Numbered from the stretch's first letter, positions 37,741 to 48,685 are shown. The stretch is DNA of 64,000 bases from an uncultured Chloroflexia bacterium (GCA_963828165.1 CAWHDR010000001.1:2496001-2560000), one strand, 5' to 3'. A program made the numbers and translations. Notes: generated from the letters alone by a model not told the origin.

Positions 37741-39678
37741 GTGGATTTGTCGGTCGGCGTCACTGCCGAGGTCAAGAGCAAGCTGTCGGTCGTCGATGTC
37801 GTCGGCGAGTCGGTCACGCTGAAGAAGGCTGGCACTACCTTCAAGGGCCTCTGCCCGTTCCACGGCGAGAAGACACCGTCGTTCGTCGTCACCCCCGGAC
37901 GCGAGTCGTGGCACTGCTTCGGCTGCGGCCTGGGCGGCGACATCTTCAGCTTCGTCATGCAACGGGACGGCGCGACCTTCCCCGAAGCTCTCCGCACGCT
38001 GGCCGCACGCGCCGGTGTCGAGATCGACGAGCGGACGAAGCGAGAAGACGCTCGCCGTGCGCGGTTGCGCCACGTCCTCGAGACCGGCGTCGCGTTCTAC
38101 CACGCGGTCCTGACCGGCTCCAAGGCCGGCGAGGGGGCGCTCGCCTACCTCAAGGGCCGCGGTTTCACGGACGCCACGATCGAGACCCATCAGCTCGGCT
38201 GGGCGCCCAACGGCTGGGACCAGATGGCCCGCCAGCTCCAGGCCAAGCGTGACATCCGAGCCGAGGAGCTCGTCGAGGTCGGCCTCGCCAGCCCCAGCCA
38301 GCGTGGCCGCGGCGTCATCGACAAGTTCCGTGCCCGCGTCCTGTTCCCGATCCGGGACACGAGCGGCCACGCGGTCGGGCTCGGTGGCCGGCTCCTGGAC
38401 GGGGAGGGGCCCAAGTACCTGAACTCCCCGGCGACGCCGCTGTTCGACAAGAGCCGGACGCTCTATCTCATCGACAAGGCCAAGGGACCCATCCGCAAGA
38501 GCGGCCAGGCCGTGATCGTCGAGGGCTACACGGATGCGCTGATGGCCCACCAGGCGGGCTTCGACAACGTCGTTGCGAGCCTCGGCACCGCGCTCACACC
38601 GAACCAGATCGGCCTGCTGACCCGCTACGCCAACCGCATCGCGCTCGCCTACGACGTCGATGCCGCCGGCGAGAAGGCGGGCACGCTCGGGGTCACGGCC
38701 CTCGCCGGCCTGATCGGCCAGCTCCAGGGTGACGTCTCGGGCGTGAAGCTCGAGGACGTGCGCGTGGTGCGGCTTCCGGACGGGAAGGATCCCGACGAGG
38801 TCGTTCGCGAGGACCCAGCCGCCTGGGAGGCGGGCGTCGCGAAGGCCAAGCCGCTGGTCGAGTATCTGATCGGTCATCATGCCGGGCGTTTCGACCTCAA
38901 GACCCCGACCGGCCGCATCGGCTTCGTGGATGCGGTCATGCCGGCCATCCGCGACATCGCCGATCCGCTGCGCCGGGACGAGGCGCTCCAGCAGGTCCGC
39001 CGCGAATCGGGTGTGGAGGAGCGCGTGCTTCGCCAGGTCCTGGACCGTCGAATCGCCCAGACCGCAGGGCAGGGGACCAATCGCGGGGGTGAAGCGGCAA
39101 GCCGGATCACCGTGGACGCTGTGCTGGCCTCGCCGGACGCGCTGCCGATCGGCGACATCCTGCGGGCGGTCACCCCGGTCGAAGCGGAGCTCCTTCGGCT
39201 GCTGCTGCTCGTTCCGGACCAGCAGCTGCGCGTGACGGACGAGCTGGGCCCGGACCAGCTGCCGAGCACGCTCGCCCGCGAGCTGTACCGCGCGATGGTG
39301 CTCCAACGGGCACCGGACGACCAGGGCGTCCGCCCGCCGTTCGATGGCGCCGCGCTGCTGCTCGCCGTCGACGATGAAACGGCCTCGCTCGCCCGGGCGT
39401 TGTACGCCAAGACGGGCCCCGATGCGCGCACGCTCGATCCGCGCAAGCTCGCCTATGAGATCACCCGCCTCCTGCTCGAGCTCGAGGATGACCAGCTGCG
39501 CGAGCGCAGTGAATACAACGAAGCCGCCCAGGCCGAGGCCGAGCGAGCCGGTGACACGGACTCGATGGAACGCCTGCTCCTGGAGCGTCGCCAGATCAAC
39601 GAAGCTCGCCGGTCGCTCGACCGGCGTCGCGAAGACACCCGAATGCTTGCCCGGCCCAGCGTGGCCGTGCACGCCTGA
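37741..39678 (+). CDS. dnaG: DNA primase
   Basis: CPFH..KTPSF, HCFGC zinc finger, PKYLNSP, EGYTD, YDVDAAG, KDPDE. Confidence 0.96.
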   Translation: MDLSVGVTAEVKSKLSVVDVVGESVTLKKAGTTFKGLCPFHGEKTPSFVVTPGRESWHCFGCGLGGDIFSFVMQRDGATFPEALRTLAARAGVEIDERTKREDARRARLRHVLETGVAFYHAVLTGSKAGEGALAYLKGRGFTDATIETHQLGWAPNGWDQMARQLQAKRDIRAEELVEVGLASPSQRGRGVIDKFRARVLFPIRDTSGHAVGLGGRLLDGEGPKYLNSPATPLFDKSRTLYLIDKAKGPIRKSGQAVIVEGYTDALMAHQAGFDNVVASLGTALTPNQIGLLTRYANRIALAYDVDAAGEKAGTLGVTALAGLIGQLQGDVSGVKLEDVRVVRLPDGKDPDEVVREDPAAWEAGVAKAKPLVEYLIGHHAGRFDLKTPTGRIGFVDAVMPAIRDIADPLRRDEALQQVRRESGVEERVLRQVLDRRIAQTAGQGTNRGGEAASRITVDAVLASPDALPIGDILRAVTPVEAELLRLLLLVPDQQLRVTDELGPDQLPSTLARELYRAMVLQRAPDDQGVRPPFDGAALLLAVDDETASLARALYAKTGPDARTLDPRKLAYEITRLLLELEDDQLRERSEYNEAAQAEAERAGDTDSMERLLLERRQINEARRSLDRRREDTRMLARPSVAVHA

Positions 39679-39698
39679 ACCGGTCCAAGGAGGAACCC

Positions 39699-41435
39699 AT
39701 GCCCGCCGATCCGCTCGATAAGCAACTCGTAGAGGCCGTCCTGTCACGGCCACGCCGCGCCAAGGCCGATCTCGAAGAGGCCAAGATGGCGGGCATGCGC
39801 CCGGCGCGCGGTGCCACGGCGGTCGCCGCCGCCGAGGATGACGATGACGACGAGGACGAGGATCTCGACCTCGGGCCGGAGGCTGCGGCCCGCCCGGACG
39901 CCGATGCCGAGGTGAACGTCGAGGTCGTCGCGGAAGACGGCTCCATCGATCCCGCGGCCAAGCTGCCACTCGAAGGGCCGACCAAGCTCGACCCCAAGGA
40001 GGTCGAGGAGCCGACCGCCGAGGACCTCGAAGCCATCAGCGCCGACATGATCGGCATCGACGACCCGGTTCGGATGTACCTCAAGGAGATCGGCAAGGTC
40101 GCCCTGCTGACCGCCGAGGAAGAGGTCGTCCTGGCCAAGGCCATCGAGCTCGGCGAGCAGCTCGTCGACGAGCCGTGGAAGGGCATCGCCTCGCTCCACC
40201 AGTGGACCCTGCACGACACCGAGCGCAAGACACGGACCCAGAAGCCGCAGCATCGCCTGCCGTACGGCGACGAGGCGCACGCGCTCGTGCGCACCGCGAT
40301 CTCGGCCAAGGCGGCCAAGGACCTGCTGGTCCCGTCCCCCGACTTCCACCTGATCAAGGCCGGCCGTGACGCGCAGTCCGACGGCACCAAGGAGCTGCTC
40401 AAGCAGGCGAAGAAGCTCGTCCACACCTACAACGAGCAGCCGAACCCGGACAACTTCATCACCCTGCTGGACTGGGCATTCATGGCCGTCCACAACGGCG
40501 ATCTCGACTCCCGGGACAACGTGGGGCTGCGCGCGATCTGGGACTGGACCCGTGATGACGTGGCCTTCCCGGCGCTCGAGCGCTACATCCTCGCCGGCAA
40601 CGAAGCCGAGCTGCTCAAGAAGATGGGCTACGACCCGGAGGTCCCGGCCAACACCAAGCTGCGCGACCGCAAGGGCGTGATCGTCGGCATCGGTCGCGAC
40701 GCGCGCGAGCAGTTGACGTCGGCCAACCTCCGGCTGGTCGTCTCGATCGCCAAGAAGTACATCGGTCGCGGGATGTCGTTCCTGGACCTGATCCAGGAAG
40801 GCAACATCGGCCTGATCCGGGCGGTCGAGAAGTTCGACTACGAGAAGGGCTTCAAGTTCTCGACGTACGCGACGTGGTGGATCCGCCAGGCCATCACGCG
40901 CGCGATCGCGGACCAGGCACGCACGATCCGCATCCCCGTCCACATGGTCGAGACCATCAACCGGCTCATCCGCGTCTCGCGCGGGCTCCTCCAGGAGCTC
41001 GGCCGTGAGCCGACGGTCGAGGAGATCGCCGAGGCGATGTCCAAGGGCCAGGAGGTCCAGGTCACCCCAGAGAAGGTCCGCGAGATCATCAAGGTCTCGC
41101 AGGAGCCGGTCTCGCTCGAGACCCCGATCGGCGAGGAGGAGGACTCCCACCTCGGTGACTTCATCGAGGACCGCGGCGCCCTGGCCCCGGCCGAAGCGGC
41201 CTCGCACCAGCTTCTCAAGGAGCAGGTGGAGGCGGTCCTCGACTCCCTGACCGGCCGTGAGCGACGCGTCCTACAGTTGCGCTTCGGGCTTGAGGACGGG
41301 CGTGCCCGCACCCTCGAGGAGGTGGGCAAGGAGTTCAACGTCACCCGCGAACGGATCCGCCAGATCGAGGCGAAGGCGTTGCGCAAGCTGCGTCACCCGT
41401 CCCGGTCGCGCAAGCTCAAGGACTACCTGGAGTAA
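39699..41435 (+). CDS. rpoD: Primary RNA polymerase sigma-70 factor
   Basis: [60 protein letters not shown]. Confidence 0.97.
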   Translation: MPADPLDKQLVEAVLSRPRRAKADLEEAKMAGMRPARGATAVAAAEDDDDDEDEDLDLGPEAAARPDADAEVNVEVVAEDGSIDPAAKLPLEGPTKLDPKEVEEPTAEDLEAISADMIGIDDPVRMYLKEIGKVALLTAEEEVVLAKAIELGEQLVDEPWKGIASLHQWTLHDTERKTRTQKPQHRLPYGDEAHALVRTAISAKAAKDLLVPSPDFHLIKAGRDAQSDGTKELLKQAKKLVHTYNEQPNPDNFITLLDWAFMAVHNGDLDSRDNVGLRAIWDWTRDDVAFPALERYILAGNEAELLKKMGYDPEVPANTKLRDRKGVIVGIGRDAREQLTSANLRLVVSIAKKYIGRGMSFLDLIQEGNIGLIRAVEKFDYEKGFKFSTYATWWIRQAITRAIADQARTIRIPVHMVETINRLIRVSRGLLQELGREPTVEEIAEAMSKGQEVQVTPEKVREIIKVSQEPVSLETPIGEEEDSHLGDFIEDRGALAPAEAASHQLLKEQVEAVLDSLTGRERRVLQLRFGLEDGRARTLEEVGKEFNVTRERIRQIEAKALRKLRHPSRSRKLKDYLE

Positions 41436-41472
41436 CCCTCTCCAGCGCGCGCCGGCCGCGGTCGCGCGGTCG

Positions 41473-42126
41473 TCAGGCCGGCGGCTGGTCCGGCGCGTAG
41501 AAGGCCGTGGAGTTCGCGACCGCCTTGGCCGCGGCCGTTGGGTCCGCGCCCGAAGCCTCGTTCGCGGCACCCCACGCCACGCTGCTTCGAGTGGCGTACT
41601 CGCGTCCTTCCTCGGACAGCTGCCAGGCGATGGGATCATCCACGGTCGCTCCGGTCCGCAGGTAGAGCGACAGCCCGAGCAGGCCCTGATCCCAGCCGAT
41701 TCCGACGGCGCCAGGCCCGTACTCGGCCCAGACCTCGTCGGGCACGACAGCCGTGTGCTCGAGCTCGAGCGTGGTCGATCCCTCGCCGGCGGGCGCGAGC
41801 CGCACCTCGAGCTCGGAGACGCTTGCCGCATCGGCGACCTCGCCGTAGACCCAGGTCACCCGGAACTTGTTCGGCCGGTCGCAGGCGAGGATCTCGCCGC
41901 CGGCGTTGCCTTCCAACTGATACCGACCGCCGACGCGGTAGTCGCCGCTGATCGGCAGGAACCAGCGAGAGATCCGGTCCGGGGTGGTCAGCGCGTCCCA
42001 GACGTCCTCGATCGGGGCCGAATAGGTGCGGCGGAGACGGATCGCGCGGCCTTCGCCGGCGGCGATGCGGCCGCTGCCGACCTCCCGCTGGACGGCCTCG
42101 ATCTCACGGACGATGTCGATCATCAA
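41473..42126 (-). CDS. SRPBCC/AHSA1 domain protein
   Basis: RTYSAPIEDVWDALTTPDRISRWF, YGPGAVGIGWD. Confidence 0.88.
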   Translation of the reverse strand: MMIDIVREIEAVQREVGSGRIAAGEGRAIRLRRTYSAPIEDVWDALTTPDRISRWFLPISGDYRVGGRYQLEGNAGGEILACDRPNKFRVTWVYGEVADAASVSELEVRLAPAGEGSTTLELEHTAVVPDEVWAEYGPGAVGIGWDQGLLGLSLYLRTGATVDDPIAWQLSEEGREYATRSSVAWGAANEASGADPTAAAKAVANSTAFYAPDQPPA

Positions 42127-42488
42127 TTCGGATCCTCCTTCGTGTCGGGTGCCACGGCGGCGAGGCGCCGTTCACGCTTGCCGCGTGCGAGCTCGGTGGC
42201 GAGCGAGTCGAGACGCTGCTCCCAGAAGCGGCGGAACGGGTCAAGCCACATGTCGACTTCCTCGAGCGGTGCGGAATCGACGGCGTAGAGGCGCCGGGCG
42301 CCCTCGGGCCGGACCGTCGCGAAGCCGCTGTCGCGCAGGACCTTGAGGTGCTGCGAGACGGCCGGCTGGGAGATCGCGAACTCGGCCTGGACCACCGCGG
42401 TGATGGCCCCCGAGGGCAACTCGCCCTCGGCGAGTAGCTCGAGGATCCGCCGCCGGACGGGGTCGCCGAGGACATCGAACGCATGCAC
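42123..42488 (-). CDS. ArsR/SmtB-family transcriptional regulator
   Basis: LGDPVRRRILELL, SQPAVSQHLKVLR. Confidence 0.92.
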   Translation of the reverse strand: MHAFDVLGDPVRRRILELLAEGELPSGAITAVVQAEFAISQPAVSQHLKVLRDSGFATVRPEGARRLYAVDSAPLEEVDMWLDPFRRFWEQRLDSLATELARGKRERRLAAVAPDTKEDPN

Positions 42489-42495
42489 GAGGGGG

Positions 42496-42525
42496 AGTAT
42501 AAAAGCTACGACTTATATAAGTCAA
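42496..42525 (-). promoter_or_regulatory. Promoter and palindromic operator of the ArsR-SRPBCC operon (leaderless)
   Basis: TTGACT-N18-TATACT, 7 nt before GTG; perfect palindrome gacttatataagtc at 42510-42523. Confidence 0.75.
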
Positions 42526-42555
42526 GTCTGATGTCCGGCGGACGTCGGTTGCCGC

Positions 42556-43335
42556 TTAGCTTCGACCTCGCAGGGCCCAGCGCTCGGGCGTAAGCCCGAT
42601 CGGGAAGTCGCCAACGAGCTTCTCGGGCGCCGTGGTGTCCTCGACCGGTGCCAGTCGTCCCGTCATCCAATCGCGGTACCAGGGCGCCCATGTCCTGGCG
42701 CCGCCGTCGTGGAATTCGGCATACGACCCACCGTATGGCGGCTCGTCCGCCGACCGGGCCGACGTGAACGCCGCCGCATCGTGGAGCGGTGGGAGCTCGC
42801 CTTCGGAGACGCCGAGCGCCCGGTACACCGCCTCGACCTGGTGGAGCCATTCGTGGACGTAGCCCTGCTCGGGGTCGGGATCCGTGAGGAGCGTCCGCCA
42901 GTGGTCGGTCGAGATCGACGAGAACCCAGCCCCGAAGGTCGCCTCCGATGGTCCGACGCTGCAGCCCCAGCCGCACTGCGGCACGGACGTTTCGCACGGC
43001 CACAGTGCGTACACGGAGTCGTAGGTTGCGCCCGTCTCCGCGACCGCCTCGAGCTCGGGGCGGACTTCGCGGGGTCCGACCCACCATCGACCGGCCCCGC
43101 TCGATGACAGCGAACGCACGGACCGCCGAACCTCGACGACATCGAACGGCTCGAGGGTCGCGAGGCCGTCGCTCCAGGCGCGCACGGTCGCTGGCAGGCG
43201 CTCGACGACGGCCATCACCGCCGCTCGTTCCTCACGCGTCATGACCCGACGCGCTGACGTCCGCCGCACGCCAGAACCGTAGCGAGCATCCAGCACGGGA
43301 TAGAGCAGGACGAGCGTGCGCCAGGGCTGGCTCAT
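42556..43335 (-). CDS. Hypothetical protein with an HEXXH (zincin-like) motif
   Basis: GYVHEWLHQVE. Confidence 0.55.
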   Translation of the reverse strand: MSQPWRTLVLLYPVLDARYGSGVRRTSARRVMTREERAAVMAVVERLPATVRAWSDGLATLEPFDVVEVRRSVRSLSSSGAGRWWVGPREVRPELEAVAETGATYDSVYALWPCETSVPQCGWGCSVGPSEATFGAGFSSISTDHWRTLLTDPDPEQGYVHEWLHQVEAVYRALGVSEGELPPLHDAAAFTSARSADEPPYGGSYAEFHDGGARTWAPWYRDWMTGRLAPVEDTTAPEKLVGDFPIGLTPERWALRGRS

Positions 43336-43382
43336 AGCCCGAGCGTACCCGGCGCGCCGACCGGCTGCTAGCATCGGCGGCC

Positions 43383-44288
43383 ATGGAGACGCAGCGCCGC
43401 ACGACCGCCGATCCGGGCCGGCTGATCGGCGTGGACTGGCTCATCGAACACCTCGAGGACCCCGATCTCCGGCTCGTCCACGTATCGCCGAACCGACGCG
43501 TCTACAACAAGCGCCACATCCCGGGCGCCGTGTATGCCGACCTGCATCGGGAGATCGCCCTCCGCGGCACGGCCCCCGAGACGGGCGACGCGGAGCGCGA
43601 ATGGCTGATCCCCACGCCGGAGCAGACCGCCGCGGTCCTGCGTCGCTGGGGCGTCGGCGACGGCGACCGGGTGGTCTTCTACGACGACGTGGGGCTCAAT
43701 CGCCAGGCGATCCGCGGCTACTGGCTGCTTCGGCTGTACCGGTTCCCGCAGGACCGGTTGCACATCCTCGACGGCGGCATCGAGGCATGGCGGCGGGCCG
43801 GCCACGCGACCACGACCGACGTTCCGGCGGCCGATCGGGCCGACCCCGAACGCGCCCCGGTGACCCTCGGCGACCGCGACGACTCGATCATCGCGACCTA
43901 CGACCAGGTGCTCGAGTGGAGTCGGGAGTCGAGCGCTGGTGACGACGCCCCGACGAGGATCCTGGACGTCCGGACCGCCGGAGAGTGGGTCGGCACGGAC
44001 CTTCGAGCGCGGCGTGGCGGACACATCCCGGGCTCGCGCAACCGCTTGTTCTCCGACCTGCTCACCGACGAGGGGACGTTTCGGCCGGTCGCCGACATGC
44101 TCTCGATCATCCGGGCCAGCGGTGCCGACCCGGCCGAGATCCGGGCGACGTATTGCCAGGGCGGCGTCCGCGCTGCCCTGGTCTGGTTCGCCCTGCACGA
44201 GCTCGCTGGCTTCGAGGAGGTGCGCAGCTACGCCGGGTCGTGGGAGGAATGGGGCAATCGCGCGGACAGCCCGATCGAGGCGCCCTGA
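43383..44288 (+). CDS. Tandem-rhodanese sulfurtransferase
   Basis: HIPGA, LDGG, ILDVR, GGHIPGS, YCQGGVRA, YAGSWEEW. Confidence 0.92.
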   Translation: METQRRTTADPGRLIGVDWLIEHLEDPDLRLVHVSPNRRVYNKRHIPGAVYADLHREIALRGTAPETGDAEREWLIPTPEQTAAVLRRWGVGDGDRVVFYDDVGLNRQAIRGYWLLRLYRFPQDRLHILDGGIEAWRRAGHATTTDVPAADRADPERAPVTLGDRDDSIIATYDQVLEWSRESSAGDDAPTRILDVRTAGEWVGTDLRARRGGHIPGSRNRLFSDLLTDEGTFRPVADMLSIIRASGADPAEIRATYCQGGVRAALVWFALHELAGFEEVRSYAGSWEEWGNRADSPIEAP

Positions 44289-44463
44289 TCGGGCCTTCGC
44301 ATGACGATCTCCATCGCACGCGTCCTCCAGGGCGCTCGACCGCGATCGCGCGGGGGGTCCCGGGGAGCGCTCGCGTCGCTGCTACCAGCGCTGCCCTGAG
44401 GTATCCTTCCGACCGGCCGCGCGCGACGCGGCTTCGCTCGCGGGCGCGATGCTCGCGAAACGT

Positions 44464-44538
44464 TCCGGCGTAGCTCAGTGGTAGAGCGGGCGGCTGTTAA
44501 CCGCTTGGTCGTAGGTTCGAGTCCTACCGCCGGAGCCA
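44464..44538 (+). tRNA. tRNA-Asn (GTT)
   Basis: Acceptor stem tccggcg/cgccgga, D-arm tagctcagtggtagagc, anticodon loop ctGTTaa, T-loop gttcgag, encoded CCA. Confidence 0.96.
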
Positions 44539-44564
44539 CACCCACCTCGATCGGGCTTCACCGC

Positions 44565-44595
44565 TTGACTTTGCAGTGGCTGTAAGGATTAGCCT
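44565..44595 (+). promoter_or_regulatory. MerR-type promoter with a 19-bp spacer and dyad
   Basis: TTGACT (44565), N19, TAGCCT (44590); spacer dyad ttgcag-tgg-ctgtaa; GTG 6 nt downstream. Confidence 0.75.
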
Positions 44596-44601
44596 GCCGG
44601 C

Positions 44602-45459
44602 GTGAACATATCGACCCTGGCACGTAGCGCCGGAATCTCGCCCTCTGGCGTGCGCTGGTACGAATCAACCGGCGTCATGCCGCGACCGTTTCGCCAGCCC
44701 AACGGCTACCGAAGCTACACCGATGCCGACCTGGCCAGGCTGACGCTCGTGCTGACCATGCGCCGGTTGGGCATGAGCCCGGCCGAGGCCGGACAGCTTG
44801 CCGAGCGCTGCCTGTCTGGTGCAAGCGCCGACCCGGCCCGCATCGCAATCCTCGAGGACCATCGTCGGCGGATCGCCCTGCAGCGAGAAGAGCTTGAGCG
44901 GCTGGAGATCGAGCTGGCCGACCTGGAGCGGACGATCGAGGTGGCCGATCCGAATCGCCCAGGCCCGGCCGACCGCGCGATCGGCGTCCTGTTCGTCTGC
45001 AACGGCAACTCAGCGCGCAGCCAAATGGCCGAGGCTCTTCTCGGCCGCTTCGGCGGCCGCAACTTCCAGCCATTGTCGGCCGGCACGCGACCAACGTCAG
45101 TACACCCGCTGACCATTCGCATCCTGGCCGAGCTGGGCATCGACTGGAGCCACGCCCGCGCGAAGCAAGTCGGCGAGCTGCTGGGCGAGCCGATCGACTA
45201 CGTCATCACGCTCTCGAACGCTGCCCGCGAGGAGTGCCCCACCCTACCGGGCCGCCACAGCTCGCTGCACTGGCACCTGGAAGACCCGGCAGCGGTGATG
45301 GGCAGCGACGACGAGCGGCTGGCGGCATTCCGCGCGACCCGCGCCGAACTGTCCGTCCGCCTCCGCCCGTTCATCGAGATCGCGCGGCGCGCCGCCGGCC
45401 AGCTGCCGGCCGCCACCTCGCACGCATCCAAGCTCGCAACACGGGGAGTCCGCTCATGA
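44602..45459 (+). CDS. MerR-family regulator fused to an ArsC/LMW-PTP-like domain
   Basis: VRWYE..G..P..R.PNGYRSY HTH and coiled coil, then VLFVCNGNSARSQMAE, SAGT, HWHLEDP. Confidence 0.85.
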   Translation: MNISTLARSAGISPSGVRWYESTGVMPRPFRQPNGYRSYTDADLARLTLVLTMRRLGMSPAEAGQLAERCLSGASADPARIAILEDHRRRIALQREELERLEIELADLERTIEVADPNRPGPADRAIGVLFVCNGNSARSQMAEALLGRFGGRNFQPLSAGTRPTSVHPLTIRILAELGIDWSHARAKQVGELLGEPIDYVITLSNAAREECPTLPGRHSSLHWHLEDPAAVMGSDDERLAAFRATRAELSVRLRPFIEIARRAAGQLPAATSHASKLATRGVRS

Positions 45460-46313
45460 AGTTCGGCGTCGTCACCTCGTTCGGCAGCGCGCAGGACTAC
45501 GTGGCCATGGCGCGCGACGCCGAGGAAGCCGGCTGGGATGGCGTATTCGCGTGGGACGATATCTCTGTCGAGCGCACGGATGTGTTCGATCCGTGGGTCG
45601 TGCTGGGGGCGATGGCCGCCGTCACCGAACGGGTGACGCTGGGCTCCATGGTCTTCTCATTGCCGCGCCGGCGCCCGTGGAAGGTGGCCCGCGAGACGAT
45701 CACGCTCGACAACCTCTCGAACGGGAGGCTGGTGGTGCCTGTTGGCCTGGGCGGGACGTGGGATGGCGGCTACTCCAGGGTCAGCACCGAGGATCCGTCA
45801 CGCCGCGTGCGCGCTCAAAAGCTGGACGAATGCCTGGACATCCTTGAACTCGCCTGGTCAGGCGAGACGGTGAGCTACCAGGGCACCCACTACTGGATGC
45901 GCAACCTGCATTTCGACCCGCGTCCGGTTCAGCGGCCGCGCATCCCGATCTGGCCCGTCGGCGCGTGGCCGCATCCGAAGTCGCTGCGCCGCGCCGCCCG
46001 CTGGGACGGTGTCATCGTGGCGGACAAATCCGGTGAGCGCGACGACGAGCACGCCACCCCCAAGGTCGTGGCCGGCGTGGCCGATTGGATGGCGCAGCAC
46101 CGCGAGTCGTCTGGCCCGTTCGACATCATCATCGAGGGCCTCACCTCCGGCACGGACCACGAAGCCGATCGCGCCTTGCTCGAGCCGATGGCCGAGGCCG
46201 GGGCCACTTGGTTCATCGAGAGCCGCTGGGAGGACGACCAGTCGGTCGACACCGTCCGCGAGCAAATCCGTCGCGGTCCACCTCGCCTGTACGTGCAAGC
46301 GGGCAAATCATGA
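45456..46313 (+). CDS. LLM-class flavin-dependent oxidoreductase
   Basis: AEEAGWDGVF, DPWVVLGAMA, TLDNLSNGR, PVQRPRIPIW. Confidence 0.88.
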   Translation: MKFGVVTSFGSAQDYVAMARDAEEAGWDGVFAWDDISVERTDVFDPWVVLGAMAAVTERVTLGSMVFSLPRRRPWKVARETITLDNLSNGRLVVPVGLGGTWDGGYSRVSTEDPSRRVRAQKLDECLDILELAWSGETVSYQGTHYWMRNLHFDPRPVQRPRIPIWPVGAWPHPKSLRRAARWDGVIVADKSGERDDEHATPKVVAGVADWMAQHRESSGPFDIIIEGLTSGTDHEADRALLEPMAEAGATWFIESRWEDDQSVDTVREQIRRGPPRLYVQAGKS

Positions 46314-46434
46314 CCCCGCTGTCCCCGAGCCGCTGCCCTGTCTGATCGCCGGGGTGAGCGGGTCATTCCCAGGCCGCTGCGCCGGGGGAGAGGCCGGCGG
46401 CGAGCCGTGTGACCTGCGGGCATCGGAGCCCTCG

Positions 46435-47034
46435 TCAGGGCGACAGGTGGCCGGCCTCGTTCCAGGTCTCGATCGCCCGGTTGTCTCGTTCCCAGCCCAG
46501 GGTCCCGACCGTGGCCGTGCCCAGCGCGAAATGCCGGCCGGCAACGGCCGGCAGCTGGATCCAGCGGGCCGCCAACACCCGCAGCAGGTGCCCGTGGGCG
46601 AACAGCAGGGCGTCACCGTCGACTCGCTGATCCAGACAACGTTCGATGACCCGGTCCGCTCGGGCGCCGACCTCGTCGACCGTCTCGCCACCGCGCCACG
46701 GACCGGTCCAGACGCTCCAGTCCGGGATCTCGGTGCGGATGTCGACCGTGGTGCGACCCTCGAACTCGCCGTAATCCCACTCGCCGAGGTCAGGATCGAT
46801 CAACGCGTCGGGAAACCCAGCCAGGCGGGCCGTCTCCGCGGCTCGCGAGCGCGGGCTCGTGAGGACGAGCGCGAACGCGTGCCCGGCGATCCGGCGCGCC
46901 AGCGCCTCCGCCTGTCGCCGCCCCTCGTCGGTCAGCGGGATGTCGCTGCGACCGGTATGGCGCCCAGACGTCGACCACTCCGTCTCACCGTGGCGGACCA
47001 GCCAGATCTGGCGCTCCGGGAGCGGCTCCCTCAC
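46435..47034 (-). CDS. Histidine phosphatase family protein
   Basis: RHGETEWS, SPRSRA, EWDYG, AHGH. Confidence 0.92.
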   Translation of the reverse strand: MREPLPERQIWLVRHGETEWSTSGRHTGRSDIPLTDEGRRQAEALARRIAGHAFALVLTSPRSRAAETARLAGFPDALIDPDLGEWDYGEFEGRTTVDIRTEIPDWSVWTGPWRGGETVDEVGARADRVIERCLDQRVDGDALLFAHGHLLRVLAARWIQLPAVAGRHFALGTATVGTLGWERDNRAIETWNEAGHLSP

Positions 47035-47597
47035 AGCGAGGCGTCGGGGCGGATGCTCTCCTCGGGGGTCGCCGCGAAGAACTCGCGCGCCTTCCACCCG
47101 AAGAGCCAGGCAAGCGGGAGGGTCGGGATCGTCGAGATCTTCGTGTTGTAGCGGTAGACCTGGTCGTTGTAGAGCTCCCGGCGGTCGGAGATCATCGCCT
47201 CGAGCCGTTCGATCTCGTTCTGCAGGTCAAGGACGTTCTGCTGGGACTTGACCGCCGGATACGCCTCGACGACCGCGAACAGGGAACGAACGGCCGCTGA
47301 TGTCGCCTCGGCGTGGACCGCCTGAGCCGGGATGGGTTCGGTGGGGGAGTAGGCCGCGCGTGCATGGGTCACCTCGGTGAGCACTTCCTGTTCGAACGCC
47401 ATCGCGCCGCGGACCGCGGAGACGAGCGCCGGCAGCTGGTCGTGGCGCTGCTTGAGGGCGACGTCGATGTTCGACCAGGCCTTGTCGATGCGCTGCCGTA
47501 GTGCCATGACAGCGTTGTAGCTTGCTACCACGATGAAGCCGACGATGATCGCCAGCAGCCCGACCGCGAACAGCGCCGCCACAGACGCCGGGGTCAT
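47031..47597 (-). CDS. lemA: LemA family protein
   Basis: N-terminal TM; YN..AWSNIDVALKQRHD, EAYP, YN...YN. Confidence 0.9.
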   Translation of the reverse strand: MTPASVAALFAVGLLAIIVGFIVVASYNAVMALRQRIDKAWSNIDVALKQRHDQLPALVSAVRGAMAFEQEVLTEVTHARAAYSPTEPIPAQAVHAEATSAAVRSLFAVVEAYPAVKSQQNVLDLQNEIERLEAMISDRRELYNDQVYRYNTKISTIPTLPLAWLFGWKAREFFAATPEESIRPDASL

Positions 47598-48685
47598 GGC
47601 CCGAACGCTCCGCTGACCACGAGGGCAAGGCCCATCGCGGAGCCGACCGCCAGCACGGCCCCGAGCAACCCGATGATGAACACGTCCTGGTTCCGATCGG
47701 CGGCGACCCCGGGCAACCCGTGGGCGATGAGCAAGGGCACGTCCGGGGCGCTGGCGAGGACCAGCGTATGCGGCGCGATCGCGAACCGTCGCTCGATCCG
47801 CGCGGCGTCCTCGGCGCTGCCCAGCGGAAGGGCATTCGCCTCGGGATCCAGCTCCGGCGATCGCACGGGCCGCCCGATGCCGAACCCGGGGATCGCGGCG
47901 TTGCCCCAGGCTTCTTCGGGATCATCGGCAAGCAGACCGGCCGCCCGTGCCTCGGCAAGATCGGCCGCGACCTCCGGGTCATCCGCGGCGACCGCGGAGC
48001 CGGAAGCCTCGTCGGCCTCGGCGGGGTCGGCGAGGTCCGAGAACGGCATCGCCCGGCCGATGATGGTCACCGCATCGCCCGGCGCGAGTCGGGCCTCGCG
48101 ATAGTGCCGGCGTCGACGTCTGCCACCCGAGAAGCCGCTCAGCACCGACGCGCCGCCCGTCGCGTCGAGATCCGGGCCTGCGGCGGTCCGCACGGTCAAG
48201 AGGGCGGCGATGGCGGCTTCGCGATCGATCTCCGCGGGTGCGACGGCGCTCCCGGATCGCATGGAGAGACCGGCCGGCTCCTCACCGAACGATCCGGTCC
48301 GATCGTCGAAGCAGACCGGGGCGTCCCAGCGTGCTCCGCGCGGGAACACTCGGACGTCGCCCGATTCGTCAACGACCCGGAACCCGATGGCGCGTTCCTC
48401 GACCACATCGTCCACGTCGACGAGGTCGTCGTCGCCGCTCTCGATCGACGACCGGTAGTACACGCAGGGCGCGCTCTGGAGGGGCGAGACGAGCATCACC
48501 TCCGCCGACTCGATCCGGCCGCTCACGCGCACCTCACCGGCCGCGAGCGTCGCGATCCGCGACGTCCCCGTGTCGCCGATGCGCGCGGCCGTCCGATAGC
48601 CGCGCATCCCGCGCACGAGGAGCCAGAGGCCCGCGCCGACACCCGCGACGAGGACCGCTGCGACCAGTGGCTGGGCATCGTCCAT
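47594..48685 (-). CDS. GIDE-domain-like membrane protein
   Basis: N- and C-terminal TM helices; SPLQSAPCVYY, FRVVDESG, REARLAPGDAVTIIG; translationally coupled to lemA. Confidence 0.6.
   Translation of the reverse strand: MDDAQPLVAAVLVAGVGAGLWLLVRGMRGYRTAARIGDTGTSRIATLAAGEVRVSGRIESAEVMLVSPLQSAPCVYYRSSIESGDDDLVDVDDVVEERAIGFRVVDESGDVRVFPRGARWDAPVCFDDRTGSFGEEPAGLSMRSGSAVAPAEIDREAAIAALLTVRTAAGPDLDATGGASVLSGFSGGRRRRRHYREARLAPGDAVTIIGRAMPFSDLADPAEADEASGSAVAADDPEVAADLAEARAAGLLADDPEEAWGNAAIPGFGIGRPVRSPELDPEANALPLGSAEDAARIERRFAIAPHTLVLASAPDVPLLIAHGLPGVAADRNQDVFIIGLLGAVLAVGSAMGLALVVSGAFGP

Noticed and set aside
37579-39969. Long antisense ORFs (796 aa here; also 58273-60744 and 13138-14718)
   Set aside because: Shadow frames of GC3-biased genes, expected at this GC content
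44464-46430. Genomic island integrated at tRNA-Asn
   Set aside because: No integrase and no duplicated tRNA 3' end seen in the window
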